From Azolla caroliniana (lineage: Eukaryota > Plantae > Polypodiophyta): DNA of 64,000 nucleotides. Made by a program: the position numbers and the translations under genes. Below are positions 39,303-49,300 of the stretch, piece by piece; within the stretch, counting starts at the first letter, position 1; each line of letters begins with the position of its first letter. The notes under the pieces were generated by a model. The model saw only the letters and a program-made list of their open reading frames with translations, was not told the origin of the DNA and did not search any database. The stretch lies in the NCBI GenBank assembly GCA_043228905.1, contig JBHGNT010000004.1, positions 3,038,001 to 3,102,000 of the forward strand, read 5' to 3'.

Positions 39303-40393
39303 ACATCATCTAATTGGCTCAAGACATCAAATGTATTTTTATGACATGGACTACTAGGCCTACTTGGGTTACGAGAAGGCAGGGCAGAAATTGAGATGGG
39401 ATTGTCATGAGCACTTACTTGGTTAACTTGTCGTCGTGGTTTATATGGACAATTCACAGCAATATGCCCTGGACCACCACAATAGAGGCATAGACGATTC
39501 ACTCGTCGTCGTTGCTTTTCAACATCCGATAATGGTCCTCGATGTCGTGTTGTCTCGATTTCCATTGGAGTAGGGCCTTCCACCACACTTGACTTTGATA
39601 CTTGGGGTGGAGTTGTAACCACCGAAGCATATGTTTTTGTTGGTCGAAAGTGTAACATTTGTTGGCGCTCAGAACGCCGCTCAAATAAGCGATTGTCACA
39701 TCGCACGGCCCATCTTATTGCTTCAGTAAGAGATTTTGGATCATCATGGAAGGTAAGAAGTAAATCCTTCACATCATTGTGCAGACCTTGATGAAATTGG
39801 TCCATTAATGCCGCCTCGTCCCATGGAATATCACATGCTAGAAGGCGAAAATCTGCAACATAAGCGGAAGTAGGACAATCTCCTTGTCGTAATCACCGAA
39901 TTTTGTTTATTGCAGTCCTCATACTATCAATGTCTCCAAAGTTGGCTTGGAACTCATTAATAAACTCTTCAAAATCTTCTAATAATGGTGAGTGCTTCTC
40001 TAGGAGTGGTGCAAACCACGCTAATGCGGTACCCATTAACAAGGTACCAACTAGACCCACACGAGCAACATCAATTGGGTAACGGCTAGGATGCAATTTA
40101 ATCACAAGCCGTACTTGATTTAAAAATCCACGAAATTGAGACCTTGTACCATCAAACTTGGCCGGCAGACTAATCTTGGGTTCCTTCGGCGAGGTTTGAA
40201 CTTCCGCCGCTTGTCGTTGCAATAGAGTAGTCTCCAATTGATGCGCCCGTTGAGATAATTCTTCATATTGTTGTACTTTCTCAGCACTTACTTGTTGTAG
40301 GTCTCCCAACAATCTTTGATTTTCATGCTCTAGTGCCACGAATTTCGAGCTCGGAGAGAACACGCATATATTCTTGCTTGGTGACGACTCCAT
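39290..40393 (-). pseudogene. Chromovirus gag with premature stop at ~39893
   Basis: PAKFDGTRSQFRGFLNQ, GTALAWF, PTPMEIE and the zinc knuckle CLYCGGPGHIAVNC, split across two ORFs. Confidence 0.9.
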
Positions 40394-40541
40394 AGTTGCG
40401 ATAGAAAATTGCTAGATTTGGTTGAATAAGGTTAAGATAAGAAGAAGAAGTTGGAGAAGAAGAAAAGAGATAAATTCAGTTCAAACTGTCGTGACTTGAG
40501 AATAAGAGAGAGAAAATAAGATGACAGTAGAAGGTAGAGGG

Positions 40542-40573
<32 letters not shown>

Positions 40574-41701
40574 ACACTAGAAATGGAAAGAGAGTTTATA
40601 TTATAAGAGAGCAAGGATTACAAAGAGTAGGCTAAGGGGCTACAAATTGGTGTTGAACCGAATGAGTTGTGATGAATGAATAGACATCTATTTATAGGTC
40701 CTTATGGAGTATTCTAGAATGTTCTAGAATATTTTAGATATTTATGATATTTAATATAATCATGGAATATCCTAGAATGTTCTAGAATACTCTAAATGTC
40801 TTGTAATAACTAATAATACATTTATTATAATTATACATCATATATGTTAGTATAATGGTTAAAGGTCTAACATATAGACCAAGACGTCTTGGGCTCGAAT
40901 TCTTGTAAGGCCAAAATGTATGTCGTCATGACAGATAGTATCACACGATGGTTGAAACTTGAAAGTGTTCATCATCATCATTACACACTAATATTCATAA
41001 AAAAACTTGGTTAGTCCACACACCATGTGGTCAATATGATGATGATTTGCAGGGTTTAGATGATGTTATGAGGCAACGACAAGTGGCCTTTAAGAACCAA
41101 TGGCAAGGACTTCACTTATTTTCGAATACAACTAATGGTCTGAAGTGGAATTATGCCATACCTTCTTTTATGTTAAATAGCTTATAGTATTGTTCTAATT
41201 GTTTCATATATGAGATCATCTCTTTGATCATATGTGTAAAGAATCGATGGTATGATTTTGTGTAGCGGAATAGGTTAGAGACGTGTATTGTGTGTGTGAG
41301 AGAGAAGAGGAGAGGAGAGAGACACAAGATAAATAAAAAACGAATACTCAAGAAGATGTATATTACAAAGGAGATTTAACGGACACATTACAAAGTAGGA
41401 GGAGGTGCCATGGACGTAGACGAGGGTAAGGACAAGTACCCGAGCTCAATATTCAGAAAGAGAGAAAGATAGATATATAGATAGAGAGGAGCATAGACAA
41501 GAGAACAAGAGAGAGAGAGGGTAGACAAAAGAGCGAGAACTAAATTATGCTTCCGTAACTAGTGTTGTTCACCTTGATTGTAATCAAGGTGCACCGAAGT
41601 ATTTATACAAGAATGTGGTGGTATGCATGTAAGCTATGAAACATCTAGAGAATGCATGGAAACTTCTAGAGAAGTTGAAACTTATACCCTAAACCCTAGA
41701 T

Positions 41702-41771
41702 GGAATGTAGCTCAATTGGTAAGGTTGCCCAATAAGACCAAGAGGTCATGGGTTCAACCCCCTACATTCCA
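41702..41771 (+). pseudogene. tRNA-like sequence (pseudo-tRNA) inside a degenerate LTR
   Basis: Acceptor stem GGAATGT/ACATTCC+A, A-box TAGCTCAATTGG, B-box GGTTCAACCCC. The anticodon arm does not pair. Confidence 0.6.
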
Positions 41772-41828
41772 TCTTGTCTATGATAGGAGGGTGCTTTATA
41801 TAGTCACCCTCTCTCTTCATTAACTACC

Positions 41829-43795
41829 TATCACGAACACACCAAGCGTGGACTAGGAGGGAGCATGGATGACACTAGAAACGAACAAGAGAATGAAGAC
41901 AAAGATGACGATCAAGGAGACAAGATGGGGCGAAATGATAATACTAGATTGATGCGTCAATGACTGGACCAAGGATGTTACAAGTATTTATACAATTTTC
42001 GAGATTGAATATACTCGAGAAATATCTCGAGAATATACCCGTTTAGAATATACCGAAGAATAATTCTAGTAGTATACTAACGACTAGAATATTCTCAAAT
42101 GTACACTAGACTCTACAATATATACCAGTTCACAATCCATGTGGACAATTCAAAAGAGTTTTTATATGGTTAACACAACACAATGTACTGTGTGTTAAAG
42201 GTCAAAGGTTCAAGTCTAGAATGTGACATTATCCCCCTCTTATGTCGCCTTCCCGAACTAGTCGTCGGCTAAAGGGAATACTGTTATTGAAAATCTTAGA
42301 CCACCTCCAAAGTATTTTGTAAATTGTAGAAAAGGAGTAACCCTTCCACAACACGAGGTATTGAACGCCAACGGGCATGAGTGACCATGTTGGTCCTTGT
42401 TGGGATCTGGAACACGAACAATAGTTGGAATGAGCGACAATGTGCGGTCCTCACCGGAGACTGGAACACGAACGGGAGTGAGTGACCATGCGCCCTCCTT
42501 GGAGACTAGAACACAAACGGGAGTGAGTGACCATGTGGCCCTCACCGGAGACTGGAACACTAACGGGCAAAGGAGTGCAAGTGAAGCAGTCAACTTGACT
42601 TCTTCTCTTATGAGAGGACAAATAGTCGAGGTTGACCCAAAACACACCACAAACGGCTGCGCTAGTGAGAAACTGACGCGATCCCCACAAGGAAAGTGAG
42701 CGGTTGTGACCCCCTTCGAAACTAGAAGGAGAGCGATCGAAATTGATCCTCGTCAAAAGAGAGTGAAGTGAAATGTAGACTGAAATGAAAAATGGAGTGT
42801 GACTGAGCAACGATTCAATCCCCACTAGGAAAGTGAGCAGTTGTAACCCCCACCAGAAACTAGGAAGGTGAGCGATCAAAGTGATCCTCGCCAAAGGAAA
42901 GTGGAGTGAAACTTGAACTGAAATGAAAATGGAGTGGAAGTGAGTGATGATCCGATCCCCACCAGGAAAGTGAGCGATCGAAATTGGTCATCGCCAATGG
43001 AAAGTGGCGCTAGACTTGAACTAAAATGAAAACGGAGTGCAAGCAAGCGATGATCTGATCCCCACCAGGAAAGTGAGCGGTTGTGACCCCCACCGGAACT
43101 AGGAAGGTGAGCGATCGAAAGCACTCCTCACCATAACTGTGATGCAAAATGATACCTAAAAATGATGACAAGTAGTGTTGATGATGACGATGGTTGGGCG
43201 AAGAGGTGCTGAAAATGATGATGTCAAAGATAAGGATGTTGATGATGGTAACTCTGGAAGCAAGGATGGTGATGATGATAACTCTAGAAGCAAAGGCGAT
43301 GGCGAAGACGGGTGGTGCTCCTAGTTGGAAGGGATTCAAACTGTCAATCTAGTATTCTCGTTTCACCTCATCTTTGTCTCCTTGATCTTTATTTCTGTCT
43401 TCATGCTCTCATGTCACTCACAACATCTAGAGTTCCTAGTCTTGTCATATCTAGCTCCAAGTTCATTCGTCGCTCGTAGCCCCATCATCTGTGTTCTGTC
43501 TGAGTCCGCGCTTGGTGTGTTCATGACAGTTTGATCCCCATCTTGTCTCATTGATCTTTGTCTTTGTCTCGTTTCTATCCTTGTCACTTCTAGCTCTCAT
43601 GTTGGAAATTGTATAAATAGTTGTAACATCCTTGGTCCCTTTCAAGGGATTCAACACCAATCATTGACACATCAATCTAGTATTATCATTTCGCCCCATC
43701 TTGTCTCCTTGATTGTCATCTTTGTCTTCATTCTCTTGTTCGTTTCTAGTGTCATCCATGCTTCGTCCTAGTCCACGCTTGGTGTTTCTGTGACA
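41829..43795 (-). mobile_element. Non-autonomous LTR element (TRIM/LARD-like) with inverted right end
   Basis: TSD CTACC at 41824-41828 and 43796-43800. Minus-strand LTR 41829-42228 with PPT at 42229-42240. Internal GGAAAGTGAGCG tandem repeats at ~42690-43115. The right end ~43605-43795 is a plus-strand TATA-R-U5 copy. Confidence 0.8.
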
Positions 43796-44087
43796 CTACC
43801 GAAGCTCATCGGTCATGGAGAATGTGGAAACTCATTAATTATGCGTCATAGAATATGATTCTATGACACATAGTTAATGTGTAGAGAGTAGTGGTGTGAC
43901 TTTTGACCTTTGAGTGACCATATGCTCTCAAGGGTGTGTTCACACACTAGACTAGGTTGAGCTTGATTCTCAACACGCTGTTGTGAAGATTTTTGGCAAC
44001 GGTGTGAAAATTGTGTGCAACGAACAAAATTGAGAAGGTGCAATGTGCACGTGTGAATGGGGAGAAGACCACATGCATATGCTAGCA

Positions 44088-44771
44088 TGTTGTAAATAGG
44101 ACTGAAATGAGAATCGTAAAAGAAAAGCTAGATGTAAAGTTAAAACATGTGCACGTGTGATGTGCGCTCAATTGTAAATATAAAAATAAGACTAAAGCCT
44201 AGTAACATTTAAGTCCATACATAGGGGTGGAAGGAAGGCTTGAACCTTGCACCTCCAAGATAGGAAACAAATTAACTTACCTCTAAAGTCATTACTGAGT
44301 GCTTTAGAATTTGTATATATTCTTATCATATTCAGTATTTTGTAGGAAGTAAACATATAAAAACTGTGGGCACAAAACCATGGTTTTAGCCTGTGGTTTT
44401 AGCCCATGGTTTTAGCCCGTTGTTTTAGCCCATGGTTTTTGCATGGAGAGACCTATAAAAGCCTATAGTTGGGCTTGTGTAAGGAGGCAAGTGATGTAAG
44501 TAAAAATGAAACTTTTAATCAAAGATTTGAGTTATCCTACTGGTGATGTATCTTGTCAAATAAAACTAAAGTTAAGGGTTCAATCTCTTTTTGTATCTTC
44601 ATCCATCTATCTATCTTTAATACTTTCTCGCTTACGCTGTTAAAAACATCGAATCCTTCCGGTCTTTAGGACCCCGGTGGTCCCGCTTCATTTCGCAAAC
44701 ACGCAAGGATTTCCTCGACAACGCCCCCTCAAGCTCAACTTGGGTCGGCTCCTTTCGGTTCATGTCCGCTT
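44088..44771 (-). mobile_element. LTR plus 3' end of an older LTR element
   Basis: TGTTG at 44088 ... CGACA at 44720, followed by ACGCCCCCTCAAGCT (minus-strand PPT, copia-like). It is cut at 44771 by the next element. The internal orientation signals are ambiguous. Confidence 0.5.
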
Positions 44772-46319
44772 TGTTAAGAAACAAGATCAACAAAAGCATG
44801 TGATGCTTATTGGGAAATAAGATCTTCTATACTAGCTATTAGGAAATTAGCTATTAGTGGACATATAAGTAAAGCAACTATTTAGCTATGCACAACTATT
44901 TAGCTACTCACAACTAATTAGCTGAATATGTAAGTCACTTATATACTTAGGTAAAAAAGTAAGAGTGAGATGAAGAAGAGAGAGAGTGAGAGAGAAGAAA
45001 AAACATGGACGAGAGAGGTTTCTCTACGTGTAATGAAATAGACGCTTTTGGGTTGCTACAGAGGTAAGTGTCGAATACAAGTGTATAATGGACGTATTCA
45101 CACTATCCCTTTCTATAGCTCAAGTTTGGGCCATTTGTGTAATTAGCATAAAGGGTAGTTGCCCTAAGTCGGTCACTATATATAGTGACCTTGTAACCTT
45201 TTTGTAAGGTTGGGTGTTGTATTATTGCTTTGTGGAATAAAGAGTCTTTTGTGTGTGTGTGTGTCTCTCTCTCTCTCTCTCTCCATCTCTGTGCACGACC
45301 TCAGAAACGATCATACGCAGGTACTCAGAACAGAATCGAATGCTTCTTGATCCTTCCGCATAGACGACTTTGATCTTCAACATCTGGTATTAGAGCCTGC
45401 ACATTCAATCCGCTGTCGGACGTCGTCTCAACCTGCACAGCATTCGGTTTCTTGCGTCATTCGAAGAAGAGAGAAGAAGAAGAAAAACGAGGCTCACATC
45501 TCATCGCGTTAGATCATCTTCGCTTGGAGTAAGCCAACAGGTTGTACTCTGTTCCTTGTGATCGTAACCGCTCGAGGTGAAATCCCCTTGTGCAACATTG
45601 ACACGATCGTGCTCCACTCGGTTAAACGGCATCCGAAGAGGTCACCAAACGCTGCTCACCGCTCATTGTAACCACTCGGTGCAGATCGGTCTCAAGACAA
45701 CAACCCCAATTCGTGCTTCATCCGGCTGATCGACATTCGAGAGGATCAGTTGGATCTGTCTCTCTCGTCGCTGCAGCCACCCGAAGCAGAATCGGCCCAG
45801 ACAATCGGTTTCAATAATCGGTATTCGGCACATATATCCGAAGCGAACTGTTACCGGCCGGCAAGGAGTCCAAAATACGGAGTGAAGGAATTAATTAGAT
45901 ATGGTTGTAAATGAGCATAGTGTGGACGGACGGACTGGAAACGGTATGCCGTTCCAGATCCGGACGGATCCCGAATAGGTGCGAGAAGCACCGTTTTGTA
46001 CTACGGGCCGGAAACCTATTTAAAGGCCCGGACCCTATTGTAATGACAGCGGATAATTAATAGAGATTATGATGTTTATACTTCTGTCTTGATTTCCGTT
46101 CTGTAATCACTGTTATATCTTACGCGTGTAATTAACCGAAGCAATCTAATCGTGTAACTTACGTAAGTCGGTGTAATCGTTGAATCTTAATCCTATGCCG
46201 TAATCACCCTTTGGTGAAGTGTCTCCGTGACACCTTGTGTTAGGCCTTGTCCGGCTAAGCGAATAACACAGTTTTGGCGACCACGATTCCTGCTTTCTCG
46301 CAGCGAACGACGGTAATGG

Positions 46320-49300
46320 ATGACTAGACCAACGCACGACTTGGTTACAGACCGAGCTCGACGCATCGCCGAACGGCAAAGACGGCGTGAGACTTTCCAG
46401 CAAGCAGCGCAGGAAATTCGCTCGGATCGTTCGTTCTCCAACGAGATCCGGAGAGTCGCGGAGGAATCTCTCCGGTTACGGCAAACTCGCGACCAGGACG
46501 ACGGAAGCAGTCTAAGTAGTCTCCGGGAAACCGAACGACTCCTGGAGGCGCTGGCAAGCGGAGAAAACGAGGCAGAAGCCTTTTCAGCCTACGAATCAGA
46601 TTCCGAAGGGGGATACAGCGTGCACACGAACTACCGGAGCAGCAACGATACCCCCGGCGGCCCGGAAGACGACGGATCGGATACCGTGCCGACTCCAGAA
46701 CCGGAACCGCTCAACCAGGGCTATCCGGAACCGCAAACGGAAGCCGTCAACCCACCAACACCGGAAGCGGAAGAAGCAAAGCCACCAACACCAACGAAAG
46801 AGCCGGCAAAGGTACCGGAAGAAGAGCCGGAAAAAGAACCGGAAAAAGGACCGGCAGAAGAACCGGAAGTGGAATCGGAGAAAGAACCGGAAAAATATCA
46901 ACAAACGCCACTAAACCGCCGCTTAATACTGGACGACGACATGCCGTTCCAATACTCAAAGTACCGCGATGATCCGGATGCGGAAGCGCATGTGGATGAC
47001 TTCGAGCAGACATGGGAAGCAAATCACACGTCCCAGCGAATGACACCGGAGGAAGAAGAACGCTCGAAGATAGCGGAATTCGGAGTCACGTTGGAGGGAC
47101 CAGCGACACGATGGCGGCGGTCGCAGGACCCGGCGACCATCACAACATTTGCAGAATTAAAAGCAAAATTCTTGCATTTTTTCCACAAGGAGGTCGACCA
47201 GACGACAATGGTGGGCCTGTTTTATACGATCCGGCAGGAGGCAGGGGAAAGCATTCCCCAATTCGTCATCCGTTTCCAACGGATGCATAGCCAGCTTGCC
47301 CGTGCACCCCCGGAGGAGGAATTACGGACGATATTTTTAAACGCACTCCGGGAACCGTTACGCACGGTGTGTACGGTGATCGACTTTCGAGGATGCACCA
47401 TCGATCAGGTCATTGACCGGGTCAGAGAAATGGAAAAGACAAGCTCATGGCTTACGCTGGGAACACTGCAACGGGCGTTACCCACCGAGGAAGATCTCCG
47501 GTTCCGGCAGGCAATTCAATGCACAATCTGCTTGAATGCCGGACACTCGGCAGTAGAGTGCACCATGCGCACTCAGTGTGTGATTTGTCAATCCAAGAGT
47601 CATACAACGGACCGGTGCGAGTACAACCTGTTAAATCGACAAGCACCACCCGTCCGACGGATCGAGCCAAGAAGCAGCCGAGACGAAGATGACGATCGTT
47701 GGCAAAGAGGGAACCGGTACCCACCGGCACAAGATGTCCGGTACGGAGACAGGCAAGAGAATGATGGCCGGTACGGGAATCGGCGAGATAACTACGACCG
47801 GTATGAGCGATCGGACCGTTATCGAGAGCCCAACAGGCGACACGAGCAATACGACAGAGACCATTCCCCTGGTTACCGAAGGCACCAGGAGGACTACGGC
47901 CGATGTTACGATCCACCACGGCCGGACTACCGAAATAAACATAAGAATAATAAGAAACGTAACTTCAAGAAAGGTGGTCACCCTAGGGACCCGGAACATG
48001 GAATCCCAAGGGGCCAACCGGCACAGAACGCACCACTCGCTACGGGACCAACTCCGGCTACCAGCAATGCTGAATCCAGCAATACCCGTAAAGAGTACTG
48101 CTACTACTGCAGGCAGGAAGGCCACTACAGTAACCAGTGCCCGGTAAAGAGCTACGAGAAACGACCAGCAGTTAATATGGTGGTTCCGGAAGTGACGGAT
48201 GTACAGCAAGTAACCACACGGTCGAAAGGCATGGCCAAAGAGTGGGAAACACAAGAGGCCATACGAAAACAGGCGACGGAATGGGTGAAGGAAGCCAATG
48301 AAAAGAACGTCGCGGACGCGGAACGGCAAAAGGCAAATACCATAGGGAGTGCCGGCGGTAGCCACCCAGAAAACGAGACATGGCAGGCACTGCAAGAATG
48401 TCAGATCACGTTGCCGTTAGGAAGACTCTTGCAGCTCGTGCCGCGATTTACGGAAGGGCTAAAAACGGGCATGACAGACGGCATAGCCCCACCGGCACCA
48501 GTCCTCTTCTCGAACCCGGAGGAGGGACCGACGGTGGTGGACACTAGTAGTCCGGCGATTACAGCTATTGTCAAAGGGCACGAACTTCCCGGCACGGTAA
48601 TCGATGGAGGTTCCGGGGTGAACGTAATAAGCCTCCGTACGTGTGATGCCTTGGGAATACATGAATGGGAGCCATGCCCGTTCTGGCTACGGATGGCGGA
48701 TACGAGTTCGGTACGACCGACGGGTTTAATACGGAAATTGGAAGTCACCATAGGAGGCCACACATTTCACATCTCGGCTGTAGTGCTGCAGCTACAGGCG
48801 CAAGGCGCGTACCCACTGTTGCTGGGCAGACCATGGTTGAAAACTGCACACATCAAGCAAAATTGGCGGAAAAATATGATCACCTTCCGGCGCGGAAAAG
48901 CCAAGGTCCGGGTTCCGACACAACCACGGACGAGCAACGGTAAGGAATGCACACCGATGTACGCGGAATGTGTGAACATGCTTGAAGGATTGGCAGACGA
49001 CGAAGAAGCCCAGTACTTGGAGGAACATCCGAAGATCGTACCACTCTTCGAGATCGACATAGCTGAAGCCGTAGCCGCATACTTGCCGCAGCGGGACGAC
49101 ACCGAAGCCGAACCAGACAAATATGCGATTCGGGAATTACGGCAAGCACAGGAAGCGTTGGAACGGGAAATGGCCGTTTCCCAACGGGTAAAAGCATCCC
49201 AGCTCGACGAAGTAAACCTAGGAAGCAAGGACGAATCAAAGCCGGTACACATCGCCAAAGAAATGAAGCCGGAAGATAAAGCGGCGATGATCAAACTTCT

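Larger units (their letters stand above)
35200..40933 (-). mobile_element. Full-length Ty3/gypsy chromovirus (Tcn1-like), mutated
   Basis: LTRs 35200-35686 and 40487-40933 (TGTCGTGAC...GTCATGACA). TSD GATAG at 35195-35199 and 40934-40938. PPT at 35687-35700. Gag, protease, RT (YLDD), RNase H, integrase and chromodomain are all present. Confidence 0.97.

Noticed and set aside
41702-41771. Functional tRNA gene
   Set aside because: The D and anticodon arms pair poorly, there is no oligo-T terminator, and it sits within an LTR.
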